The translations under genes were made by a program, and so were the position numbers. The notes beneath the pieces are model-generated. The model was not told the origin of the DNA, searched no databases, and was given only the letters and a program-made list of their open reading frames with translations. Shown here in pieces: positions 51,677-61,886 of a stretch of 64,000 nt of DNA (the first letter of the stretch is position 1; each line of letters opens with the position of its first letter). Origin of the DNA: an uncultured Gemmataceae bacterium (GTDB taxonomy: Bacteria > Planctomycetota > Planctomycetia > Gemmatales > Gemmataceae); the NCBI GenBank assembly GCA_963750165.1, contig CAVVPN010000004.1, forward strand, positions 768,001-832,000, written 5' to 3'.

Positions 51677-54220
51677 ATGAAGGCCCTGCTGTGTGCGCTG
51701 CTGTCGCTGGCGTTTCTCGGCACCGCGGCGCCGGCGCGGGCCGGCGAGCCCGGGCTGGCCACCAGGGCGCAGGCCATCCTCAAAGCGCACTGCCAGAAGT
51801 GCCATGGCGGCAACGGCGCCGCGAAAGGCAGCTTCGGCCACGTGCTCGACCGCGAAAAACTGGTGCAGCGCGGTCAGATTCTGCCCGGTAACGCCTCCGC
51901 GTCCGACCTGTACCGCCGCGTCGTCAAGGGCGAGATGCCGCCTGCCGGCAAGCACAGCCGGCCCACCAAGGACGAGGTGCAGACGCTGCGGCAGTGGATC
52001 GACGCCGGCGCCCCCGACTTCGCCCCGAACGTCGCGGCCAGGCCGTTCCTCGACGAAACCAGGGTCCTGGCCTGGGTCACGAAGGATTTGCAGCAGTTCA
52101 CGCCGAAACGGCAGCGCTTCGTGCGCTACTTCACGCTGGCCCACGTCGCCAACGCCGGCGCCAGTGACGCCGACCTGGAGCGCAACCGCCAGGCACTCGC
52201 CAAGCTGCTCAACGCCCTGTCCTGGCACGCCCGCCTGACCAGACCCGCCGCCATCGACGCCCGGCAGACCGTCTTCCGCATCGACCTGCGCGACTACAAG
52301 TGGACCGCGGCGTCGTGGGAAAAGCTGGTGTCGGCCTACCCCTACCGCGGCGGCCACGGCAGCGCGGCGGCCGACGCCATCGCCGCGGCCACCGGCTCCG
52401 AACTGCCACTGCTCCGCGCCGACTGGTTCGTCGCCACCGCGTCGCGCACGCCGCTGTATTACGACCTGCTGCAAATGCCGCTTACCGAGCGCGCCCTGGA
52501 AAGACTGCTGCAGGTAGACGCGCCAGCCAACATTCAGGAGGAGTCCGTTGCCCGCACCGGCTTCAACGACTCCGGCGTCTCGAAAAACAACCGCCTGCTC
52601 GAACGCCACGACGCGGCGTATGGTGCCCTGTGGCGCAGCTATGACTTCGCGGATAACACGGGTCGCAAAAACCTGTTCGAGCATCCGCTCGGGCCGAACG
52701 CGGGCGAAACCTCGTTCGCGCACGCCGGCGGCGAAATGATCTTCCATTTACCCAACGGCCTGCACGGCTACCTGCTGGCCGACGGCCTCGGCCGCCGCCT
52801 CGACAAGGGCCCCATCGAGATCGTCAGTGACCCGAAGCGGCCGGACCAGCGCGTTGAAGCGGGGCTGTCGTGCATGTCCTGCCACGCCCGCGGTTACCTG
52901 CCGAAGTTCGATCAGGTTCGCGCCCACGTCGAGAAGAATCAAAACGTCTTCGCCCCGGCCGCCGTGGCCGCCGTGCGAGCGCTGTACCCGGGCAAGGAAC
53001 AGTTGCAGCGGCTGTTCGACGAGGATAACGAACGCTTCCTGCGGGCGCTCAAGGCCCTCGGCGTCAACGAGGCTGACGCCGAGCCGGTCACGCTGGTGAC
53101 GCTACGCTACGAGGCCACACTCGACCTGGCTGTCGCCGCCGCGGAATACGGTTTGCCCGCGGCCGAGTTCACGAAGCGCCTGAAGAAGTCGGCCAGCCTG
53201 ACGCGCACGCTTGGGCCGCTGCTCGCTGGCGGTAGCGTGCAGCGTGAGGTGTTCCTCGACGCCTTTCCCGAACTGGTCCGCAGCCTGGACGCCGCCGTGG
53301 TGGCCATCAAGCCCCTCGACCCGAAGCGGCCACCGTTCGTCGGCCACACCGCCGTCGTCAACTGCGTCGCGTTCGCGCCTAACGGCAAGTGGGCCGCCAG
53401 CGGCGGCGACGACAAAACCCTCCGCCTCTGGGACGTGACGACCGGCCAGGAGCTACGCATGTTCACCGGCCACACCGACGCGGTCACCTGTGTCGTGTTC
53501 TCCGCCGACGGCAAGCGACTGCTCTCCGGCGGCCGCGATGCAACGCTGCGGTTGTGGGACGTGGCCACCGGCCAGCAGCTTCAACGTTTCGATGGCCACA
53601 CCGGCCGCGTCCGGGCCGTGGCGCTGTCCGCCGACGGCAGCCGCGCTGTGTCCGGTGCCGACGACAAAACGGTGCGCTGGTGGAACGCCGACACCGGCGA
53701 GGAACTGCGCGTCCTCTACGGCCACAGCGCCGCGGTCAGCGGCGTGGCCCTGGTCGGCAACGGCCGCCGGGCGGTCAGCGCCAGTCATGACGGCACCGTC
53801 CGCGTCTGGAACGCCATCACGGGCGAGGAACTGCACGTCCTGGAGGGCCATCAGGGCGAGGTCCACGCGGTCGCCGTGTCCCGCGACGGCAGCCGGGTGG
53901 CGAGCGGCGGCCGCGACCGCACCGTGCGGTTGTGGGACGCCAAAACCGGCCAGTTACTGCGCACGCTGCAGGGCCACGCCAATCCGGTCATCGCCGTGGC
54001 GTTCACGCCGGACGCGGCCGCGCTGCTGTCCGGCAGCAGTCAGTACGGGGTCGCCGACACGGTGATCCGTCAGTGGGACGCGACCACCGGCAAGCAGACG
54101 CGCAGCCTGGCCGTACCCGCTTCGGTGCGCGTCGCCTGCGTGGCGTTCGCCCCGGACGGGCGGCGCGCGCTGACCGGCGGCTCGGAGAAGACCCTGCGGC
54201 TGTGGCAGAGGACAAAGTAA
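51677..54220 (+). CDS. Exported planctomycete cytochrome c domain protein with a WD40 propeller
   Basis: GAGGAGG SD; signal peptide; CQKCHG...MPP...WI..GA; second heme motif CMSCH; seven WD40 repeats. Confidence 0.88.
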   Translation: MKALLCALLSLAFLGTAAPARAGEPGLATRAQAILKAHCQKCHGGNGAAKGSFGHVLDREKLVQRGQILPGNASASDLYRRVVKGEMPPAGKHSRPTKDEVQTLRQWIDAGAPDFAPNVAARPFLDETRVLAWVTKDLQQFTPKRQRFVRYFTLAHVANAGASDADLERNRQALAKLLNALSWHARLTRPAAIDARQTVFRIDLRDYKWTAASWEKLVSAYPYRGGHGSAAADAIAAATGSELPLLRADWFVATASRTPLYYDLLQMPLTERALERLLQVDAPANIQEESVARTGFNDSGVSKNNRLLERHDAAYGALWRSYDFADNTGRKNLFEHPLGPNAGETSFAHAGGEMIFHLPNGLHGYLLADGLGRRLDKGPIEIVSDPKRPDQRVEAGLSCMSCHARGYLPKFDQVRAHVEKNQNVFAPAAVAAVRALYPGKEQLQRLFDEDNERFLRALKALGVNEADAEPVTLVTLRYEATLDLAVAAAEYGLPAAEFTKRLKKSASLTRTLGPLLAGGSVQREVFLDAFPELVRSLDAAVVAIKPLDPKRPPFVGHTAVVNCVAFAPNGKWAASGGDDKTLRLWDVTTGQELRMFTGHTDAVTCVVFSADGKRLLSGGRDATLRLWDVATGQQLQRFDGHTGRVRAVALSADGSRAVSGADDKTVRWWNADTGEELRVLYGHSAAVSGVALVGNGRRAVSASHDGTVRVWNAITGEELHVLEGHQGEVHAVAVSRDGSRVASGGRDRTVRLWDAKTGQLLRTLQGHANPVIAVAFTPDAAALLSGSSQYGVADTVIRQWDATTGKQTRSLAVPASVRVACVAFAPDGRRALTGGSEKTLRLWQRTK

Positions 54221-54323
54221 TTTCGTTCTGCCGTTCTCGTTTCGCGCGCTTGCAGTGTGCGCGAAACGTGAACGGAACACCAATCAACCTACCCCGTTCG
54301 CTCATCAAGCAAAGGAGCCCGCA

Positions 54324-56178
54324 ATGCGCAAGTGGTTGCTGTTCGCCGCCGCCGCCGCCGTGATCGGCGTCACCGTGGCGGCCGGCCAGGTGTTGACTCA
54401 GAAGGACCAGGGCAAGGCCCCCGAAGGGACCGTGCCGCAGAAGTCGGCGAAGAGCCGCATCGCCAGGGTTACCGTCTACCCCAACAGCGCCCTCGTTACC
54501 CGCGAGGTCGAGGTGCCCGAGGGCACCGGCCTGACCGAACTGGTCGTCTCCGGCCTGCCGGCGCGCGTCGTCAACAACTCGCTGTACTCCGAGGGCACCG
54601 ACGGCATCCGTGTGCTGAGCACGCGCTTCCGTACGCAGGAGGTCTTCGAGGACACCCGTGAGGACGTGCGCAAACTTGAGGACGAGATGAAGACGCTGCG
54701 GCTGGCGGCGGAAAAGCTCACCTCGGAAATCAACGCACTCAAGCAGAACATGATGATGGTGAGCAAACTGGAGGAGTTCACCGCCCGGACCACCGTCCTC
54801 TCCACCGAGAAGGGCGGCCTCAACGGCGACACTGTGATCGCCCTGACCAATTACCTCATGAAGCAGCGCGACGAGAAGGCCCACGACCTGGTCAAGCTGG
54901 ACCAGGAGCTGCAGGTCAACAAGGAGCAGGCCGAGTTCTGCAAGCGCAAGCTGAACCAGGCGACGCGCGGCACCAGCAAGACCGAGCGTGACGCCGTGAT
55001 TGTCATCGACCGCGACCAGAAAGTGAAGGGCGCCAAGGTCCGCCTCAATTACCTGGTGGATGCGGTGTCGTGGAAGCCGCAGTACAAGCTCCGCGCCGGC
55101 AAGAACGGCGAGTCCGTGCAGATCGATTACCTGGCGTCGCTGGTGCAACACAGCGGCGAAAACTGGAATCAGGTGGCGCTGGCGCTATCCACCGCCGAGC
55201 CGATGCTCAACGCCGCCCCGCCCGACCTCGGCAAACTCGAAATCGTCGTCGTCAACCGCGTCGGCCAGCCGATGGCGCCCGGGGACATGGCGGGTCCCGG
55301 CGGCTCCTTCGCCCCGCAGGAGTCTGACCATGAAACTGCAGGAGAAGGCCAGCCAGTTGCGCAGTCGGGCGAACTCGTACTCCAACAAGGACATCAACGC
55401 CAACGGCAAGCTGCTGAACGATGCGGCCGCGCTCCAGCAGAACTGGGAGTTGCAGCGGACCCGCGACGACATCCAGCAGGGTAAGCGCCAGAAGAAGGAT
55501 GAGCTGGTCGCCGCCGGCGTCGAGGACGGGCCGAGCGTGACGTACAACCTGGGGCCGAAGCTGAGCGTGCCGTCGCGCAACGACGAGCAGGTGGTCGAGG
55601 TCGCCAAGCTCAAACTGCAGCCGAAGTTCTATTACAAGGCCGTGCCGGTGCTGAGCCGCTCGGTGTACCGCCTGGCTGACCTGGTCAACGACAGCCAGAT
55701 TGTGTTACTGCCGGGCGAGGCAACGATGTATCAGGGGACGGACTTCGTGGGCCGCATGCGCTTGCCGCTGGTGGCGGTCGGCGAGGAGTTCACCGCCGGC
55801 TTCGGTGTGGACCCGCAGTTGCAGGTGCAGCGGCAAATGCTCGACAAGGAGCGCAAGACCCAGGGCGGCAACCAGGTCCTCAAGTACGAGTACCGCATCC
55901 TGGTCAGCAGCTACAAGAAGGACAAGGTCGCCGTCCAAATCTGGGACCGGCTGCCGCACTCCGGCGAGACCGAGGCCGCCAACGTCATCCTCGCCAAGTC
56001 CAGCCCCGAGCTGAGCAAGGACAAGCTGTACGAGCGCGAGCAGCGGCCGAGCAACCTGTTGCGCTGGGATCTGGAGTTGGAGCCGGGCATGAGCGGCGAG
56101 CACGCCCTGGCCATCCACTACGAGTTCCGCCTCGAACTCGACAAGATGAAGGTCATCCAGAATGTGCTGTCCAGGTAA
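54324..56178 (+). CDS. DUF4140/DUF4139 (MuiA-like) exported protein, copy 1 (frameshift at about 55315)
   Basis: SRIARVTVYP..ALVTR, W.PQY.LR, Q.SGE.W..V.L.LST, LLPG and FGVD motifs. Confidence 0.88.
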
Positions 56179-56265
56179 CGGCCCCGATCCCGCGAACCGA
56201 TTCATCGGTTCGCGGAGGGTCCGACCCCTTCAACCATGAAGCCATCGAATTCAAGGAGCCCGCAC

Positions 56266-58116
56266 ATGCGTAAATGGTTACTGTTCGCCGGCGCCGCGGT
56301 GGTCGGCGTCACCGTCCTGGTCGGCCACGCTCTGACCCAGGGCGACAAGACCGCCGTGGGCACCGTGCCGCAGAAGTCGGCCAAGAGCCGCATCGCCAAG
56401 GTCACCGTCTATCCCAACAGCGCCCTGGTCACCCGCGAGGTCGAGGTGCCCGAGGGCACCGGCCTGACCGAACTGGTTGTCGCCAACCTGCCGGTGCGCG
56501 TGCTGGTGAATTCGCTCTACTCCGAGGGCACCGACGGCATCCGCGTGCTGAGCATGCGCTTCCGCACGCAGGAGGTCTTCGAGGACACCCGCGAGGACGT
56601 GCGCAAACTCGAGGACGAGGCCAAGACGCTACGGCTGGCGGCGGAGAAGCTGTCCTCCGAAATCGCCACGCTCAGGCAAAACATGATGATGCTGACCAAG
56701 CTGGAAGACTTCACCGCCAAGACGACCGTCCACTCCACCGAGAAGGGCGGCCTCAACAGCGACACCGTCATCACCCTCACCACCTACCTGATGAAGCAGC
56801 GCGACGAGAAGGCGCGTGAACTGGTCAAGCTCGATCAGGATCTGCAGCGCAACAAGGAGCAGGTCGAGTTCTGCAAGCGCCAGATGAGCCAGCTGTCGCG
56901 CGGCACCAGCAAGACCGAGCGCGACGCCGTCATCGTCATTGACCGCGACCAGAGCGTCAAAGGTGCGAAAGTACGGCTGAACTACCTGGTGGACGCGGTG
57001 TCGTGGAAGCCGCAGTACAAGCTCCGCGCCGGCAAGAACGGCGAGTCCGTGCAGATCGATTACCTGGCGTCGCTGGTGCAACACAGCGGCGAAAACTGGA
57101 ATCAGGTGGCGCTGGCGCTATCCACCGCCGAGCCGATGCTCAACGCCGCCCCGCCCGACCTCGGCAAGCTCGAAATCGTCGTCGTCGATCGCGCGGGGGT
57201 GCCGATCGCCGACAAGCGCCGCGGTGACCTGTTCGCCAGGCCCACAGCGCCGAAGGCGGACCTGGATAAGGCCGTGGCCGGGCTGCGGAAAATGGCCAAG
57301 GAATCGTACGGCAAGGGCGAGGCCAAGGGTGGCGAACAGGCCCTCAACAGCGCGGCCGCCCTGGTGCAGAACGACGAGCTGATGAAGACGCGCGAGCAGA
57401 TTCAGGACGAGAACCGTAGGCAGGACAAGGGCAAGTCCTTTGAACCCGGACTTGGTGCGGGCGACGGGCCGAGCGTGACGTACATCCTGGGTCCGCGGCT
57501 GAGCGTGCCGTCGCGCAACGACGAGCAGGTGGTCGAGGTCGCCAAGCTGAAACTTGAGCCGAAGTTCTATTTCAAGGCCGTGCCGGTGCTGAGCCGCTCC
57601 GTCTACCGCCTGGCCGACCTGGTCAACAAGAGCGAACTGGTGCTGCTGCCGGGCGAGGCAACGATGTACCAGGGCACCGACTTCGTGGGCCGGATGCGGC
57701 TGCCGTTGGTGGCCGTGGGCGAGGAGTTCACCGCCGGCTTCGGTGTGGACCCGCAGTTGCAGGTGCAGCGGCAAATGCTCGACAAGGAGCGCAAGACGCA
57801 GGGCGGCAACCAGGTCCTCAAATACGAGTACCGCATCCTGGTCAGCAGCTACAAGAAGGACAAGGTCGCCGTCCAAATCTGGGACCGCCTGCCGCACTCC
57901 GGCGAGACCGAGGCCGCCAACGTCATCCTCGCCAAGTCCAGCCCCGAGCTGAGCAAGGACAAGCTGTACGAGCGCGAGCAGCGACCGAGCAATTTGCTGC
58001 GCTGGGATCTGGAGTTGGAGCCGGGCATGAGCGGCGAGCACGCCCTGGCCATCCACTACGAGTTCCGCCTCGAACTCGACAAGATGAAGGTCATCCAGAA
58101 CGTCCTGTCCAGGTAA
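56266..58116 (+). CDS. DUF4140/DUF4139 exported protein, copy 2 (intact)
   Basis: Same motifs as copy 1; AAGGAG SD. Confidence 0.92.
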   Translation: MRKWLLFAGAAVVGVTVLVGHALTQGDKTAVGTVPQKSAKSRIAKVTVYPNSALVTREVEVPEGTGLTELVVANLPVRVLVNSLYSEGTDGIRVLSMRFRTQEVFEDTREDVRKLEDEAKTLRLAAEKLSSEIATLRQNMMMLTKLEDFTAKTTVHSTEKGGLNSDTVITLTTYLMKQRDEKARELVKLDQDLQRNKEQVEFCKRQMSQLSRGTSKTERDAVIVIDRDQSVKGAKVRLNYLVDAVSWKPQYKLRAGKNGESVQIDYLASLVQHSGENWNQVALALSTAEPMLNAAPPDLGKLEIVVVDRAGVPIADKRRGDLFARPTAPKADLDKAVAGLRKMAKESYGKGEAKGGEQALNSAAALVQNDELMKTREQIQDENRRQDKGKSFEPGLGAGDGPSVTYILGPRLSVPSRNDEQVVEVAKLKLEPKFYFKAVPVLSRSVYRLADLVNKSELVLLPGEATMYQGTDFVGRMRLPLVAVGEEFTAGFGVDPQLQVQRQMLDKERKTQGGNQVLKYEYRILVSSYKKDKVAVQIWDRLPHSGETEAANVILAKSSPELSKDKLYEREQRPSNLLRWDLELEPGMSGEHALAIHYEFRLELDKMKVIQNVLSR

Positions 58117-58206
58117 CGGCCCCGGCCCTCCCTCGGACTGATTCATCGGTTCGAGGGAGGGCCCGACCCCTTCAATCCTGAAACCATCGAACTCAAGGAG
58201 TTAGAG

Positions 58207-60222
58207 ATGCGTAAGTGGATGTTGATCGCCTCCGGCGTGGCCATCATTGGCGTTACTGTGCTCGTCGGCCAGGCGCTGACCCAGGACGGCTCGAAGAAGG
58301 CCGCCGAGGGGGCAGTGCCGCAGAAGTCGGCCAAGAGCCGCATCTCCAGGGTCACCGTCTATCCCGACAGCGCCCTCGTCACCCGCGAGGTCGAGGTGCC
58401 CGAGGGCAGCGGCCTGACCGAACTGGTCGTCACCAACCTGCCGGCGCGTCGTCAACAACTCGCTGTACTCCGAGGGCACCGACGGCATCCGTGTGCTGAG
58501 CATGCGCTTCCGCACGCAGGAGGTCTTCGAGGACACCCGCGCGGACGTGCGCAAGCTTGAGGACGAGATGAAGACGCTGCGGCTGGCGGCGGAAAAGCTC
58601 GCCTCGGAAATCAACGCACTCAAGCAGAACATGATGCTGGTGAGCAAGCTGGAGGACTTCACGACCAAAACGACCGTCCACTCGACCGAGAAGGGCGGGC
58701 TGAACGGCGACACCGTCATCACGCTCACCAATTACCTCATGAAGCAGCGCGATGACAAGGCGCGCGACCTGGTCAAGCTCGATCAGGAGTTGCAGGTCAA
58801 CAAGGAGCAGAGCGAGTTCTGCAAGCGCAAGATGGGCCAGCTGTCCCGCGGCACCAGCAAAACCGAGCGCGACGCCATCATCGTCATCGACCGCGACCAG
58901 AGCGCCAAGGGGGCGAAGGTGCGCCTCAACTACCTGGTCGATGCCGTCTCGTGGAAGCCGCAGTACAAGCTGCGTGCCGGCAAGGGCGGCGAGGCGGTGC
59001 AGATCGATTACCTGGCGTCGCTGGTGCAGCACTCCGGCGAGGACTGGAACCAGGTGGCGCTGACCTTCTCCACCGCGGCGCCGATGCAAAATGCCGCTCC
59101 GCCTGATCTGAAGAAGCTCGAAATCGTCGTCGTGGATCGCGCCGGGCGCAGCTGGCCGCCACCGAGCGTGCCGCTCCGCCCGTGTTCGCCGCCCCGCCCC
59201 CCCCGATGGTCCCACCGGTGGTGGGCAACGGGCTGAACGCGGCATCGCCGGGTTTCAACTTCAGCAAGACGGTTCCCTTGCCCCCGGGCGGGATGGGTGG
59301 GTTTGGCCAGGCCAACAAGGGCGGTGGGATGGGTGGGATGGGCTATGGGGGCCAGGCCCAGTTCGCCCCCGCGTACAACAACGCCGCCAACGTCCTGCGG
59401 CAGCAGGCAATCCAGTCGTACAACAACAAGGACGTGGCCACCGGTGCCAGGCTGCTTAACGAGTCGGCCGCCTTGAAGCAGAACCTGGAGCTGATGAAGA
59501 CGAAGGAAGAGATTGCCCAGGAAAAGCAGCCGCAGAAGAAGAGCGACCTCATCGCCGCCGGCACCGAGGAAGGGCCGAGCACCACCTACAACTTGAAGCA
59601 GCGGCTGAGCGTGCCGTCGCGTAACGACGAGCAGGTCGTCGAGATCGCCAAGCTCAAACTCCAGCCGAAGTTCTACTACAAGGCGGTGCCGGTGCTGAGC
59701 CGCTCGGTGTACCGCCTGGCTGACCTGGTCAACGACAGCCAGATTGTGTTACTGCCGGGCGAGGCGACGATGTACCAGGGGACAGACTTCGTGGGCCGGA
59801 TGCGGTTGCCGCTGGTGGCGGTCGGCGAGGAGTTCACCGCCGGCTTTGGCGTGGACCCGCAGTTGCAGGTGCAGCGGCAGATGCTCGACAAGGAGCGCAA
59901 GACGCAGGGCGGCAACCAGGTCCTCAAATACGAGTACCGCATCCTGGTGAGCAGCTACAAGAAGGACAAGGTCGCCGTCCAAATCTGGGACCGGCTGCCG
60001 CACTCCGGCGAGGCCGAGTCCGCCAACGTCATCCTGGCCAGGACCAAGCCGGAGTTGAGCGAAGACGCCATCTACCTGCGCGAGCAGCGGCCGAGCAACC
60101 TGCTGCGCTGGGACCTGGAGCTGGCGCCGGGCATGAGCGGCGAGCACGCCCTGGCCATCCATTACGAGTTCCGCCTCGAACTCGACAAGATGAAGGTCAT
60201 CCAGAACGTCCTGTCCCGCTGA
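58207..60222 (+). CDS. DUF4140/DUF4139 exported protein, copy 3 (frameshifts at about 58447 and 59147)
   Basis: Three ORF pieces colinear with copy 2. Confidence 0.85.
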
Positions 60223-60238
60223 CCACCCAGGGAAGTCC

Positions 60239-60475
60239 TCGAGCGGTTCACACTTGGTTTGCGCACAGCCTGTGGGACGGCTCTCCAGAGCCGTCCTTGT
60301 CTCGGAGACGGCTCTGGAGAGCCGTCCTACGGGGCGTGATCCACGCGGCTGTGAACTGCTCTAGAGCGATTTGCGTTTGGGTGTAGCGGAAGTCGCCAGA
60401 CTTCCGAAGCCGCTACGGAAGTCTGGCGACTTCCGCTACGAGCAAGCCGCTACACTCGACCGCAAAGTGCTCTAA
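60239..60475. mobile_element. Two tandem MITE-like elements joined at CTAG
   Basis: The first copies 18283-18410; the second (TAGAGCGATTTGCG...CGCAAAGTGCTCTA) carries the GTAGCGGAAGTC REPIN. Confidence 0.75.
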
Positions 60476-60476
60476 G

Positions 60477-60529
60477 CCAGATGATTCACCACGGAGCGCG
60501 CTCTGCGCGCTCCGTGGTGAATCATCTGG
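60477..60529. terminator. Long perfect hairpin between convergent genes
   Basis: CCAGATGATTCACCACGGAGCGCGC/GCGCGCTCCGTGGTGAATCATCTGG. Confidence 0.6.
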
Positions 60530-60530
60530 G

Positions 60531-61277
60531 TTAGCGCTCCCCCTTCTCAAGCGTCGGCAGCGGATTCTCTTTCCGGAAGCGCTCCTCAGCGCCCTGCAGG
60601 GCCTTCTCCGCCGCCTCGCGGCTCTTGTACTGACCGTTGCGAATCTCCCGGGCCAGCTGCTCCAGCGCCGCCTTGTACTTCGGCCCGGCGGTGCGCAGGT
60701 AGTCCGCCTCGCGGACGCTCAGCTCTGTTCGACCCTCGCGCTCGAAGACGTGGACGGGGGTTTCCTTGCCGTCGGGGCCCTTCTTGTTGACCAACCGCAT
60801 TTTGCCGCCGCTGAGCGGCACCAGCAGCCGCCAGGCGTCCGCGTCCTTGACGGCGTACCAGGTGCTCTCCAGAATCCGCCGATCCTTGTCGCGCTCCTCC
60901 GTGAGCCAGACCGTCAGCGCCACCTTGTCCTTGTCCTTGTCGTCCTTGCTGAGAATGCGGATGTCCCGGGTGTGCTTGAGGAGGTCGCGCAGCGTGTGCG
61001 CGGCCGGCTGCCTGGCGTCCTTGCCGAACTTCTCCGCCAGGGCGCGGTCCACGTCCTCGCGGGCCACCTGGAAGGTCATCAGGCCCTCGAAGGCGGTGCG
61101 CGACGGCGCCGCCAGCTGGGCGAGCAGGGCCGGCACGTCGCCCGCCTGCATCGCCGCCAGCACGTTGCGCACGGCCTCCTCCGGCGAGGACGCCAGCTTT
61201 GTCTGCCCGGCTGGCGCGACGCTCGTCAACAGCGCCAGTGCGCCGAGCACCCCGCCCGTCCATTTCGCTGCGTTCAT
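60531..61277 (-). CDS. Exported hypothetical protein (NTF2-like pattern)
   Basis: GGAGG SD; signal peptide; SPEEAV...AM..GD and VK...WRL patterns. Confidence 0.65.
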   Translation of the reverse strand: MNAAKWTGGVLGALALLTSVAPAGQTKLASSPEEAVRNVLAAMQAGDVPALLAQLAAPSRTAFEGLMTFQVAREDVDRALAEKFGKDARQPAAHTLRDLLKHTRDIRILSKDDKDKDKVALTVWLTEERDKDRRILESTWYAVKDADAWRLLVPLSGGKMRLVNKKGPDGKETPVHVFEREGRTELSVREADYLRTAGPKYKAALEQLAREIRNGQYKSREAAEKALQGAEERFRKENPLPTLEKGER

Positions 61278-61440
61278 CCCAATCCTCCCAGAATACCCGG
61301 GCCGGCCCTTGTGCCCGGTGGTGAGGCGTAGGGTAACAGAAAGGGTCGGACAGGGGAAGCACGCCTGACCGCGGACCCCGGACTTCTGCAAACCAGGCCC
61401 TACAATAAAGCGCAGCCCAGATCTCCCGACGAGGACAGCG

Positions 61441-61842
61441 ATGTACCGCGTTACCCGCGAAATCCCGTTCTGCTACGGCCATCGGCTACTGAACTACGAC
61501 GGCAAGTGCCGCCACCTGCACGGCCACAACGGCCGGGCGGTGATCGTGCTGGAGGCGGCCGCCCTGGACGCGCTCGGCATGGTCGTCGATTTCTCGCGCA
61601 TCAAGCGCGTCGTCAGCACCTGGATCAACGAGACGCTCGACCACCGCATGCTGCTGCACAAGGACGACCCCGTGCTGCCGCTGCTGCGCCAGCAGGGCGA
61701 GCCGTTTTTCGTGATGGACGTCAACCCGACCGCGGAGAACATCGCCCGCGTCATCTTCGAGTACACCAGGGGTCAGGGATTCCCGGTGGTCGAGGTGCAT
61801 CTGTGGGAGACCGAGGACAGTTACGCGACCTATCGCGGCTGA
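61441..61842 (+). CDS. queD: 6-carboxy-5,6,7,8-tetrahydropterin synthase
   Basis: GHRL, C..LHGHN, PTAEN and ET motifs. Confidence 0.92.
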   Translation: MYRVTREIPFCYGHRLLNYDGKCRHLHGHNGRAVIVLEAAALDALGMVVDFSRIKRVVSTWINETLDHRMLLHKDDPVLPLLRQQGEPFFVMDVNPTAENIARVIFEYTRGQGFPVVEVHLWETEDSYATYRG

Positions 61843-61849
61843 TAATGAG

Positions 61850-61886
61850 GAGAAACCACGGAACACACGATGTTCCGTGGTTTCTC
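61850..61886. terminator. Hairpin between convergent genes
   Basis: GAGAAACCACGGAACA/TGTTCCGTGGTTTCTC. Confidence 0.6.

Noticed and set aside
54324..60222. Diversity-generating retroelement acting on the triplet
   Set aside because: No reverse transcriptase is present, and the differences are not adenine-specific.
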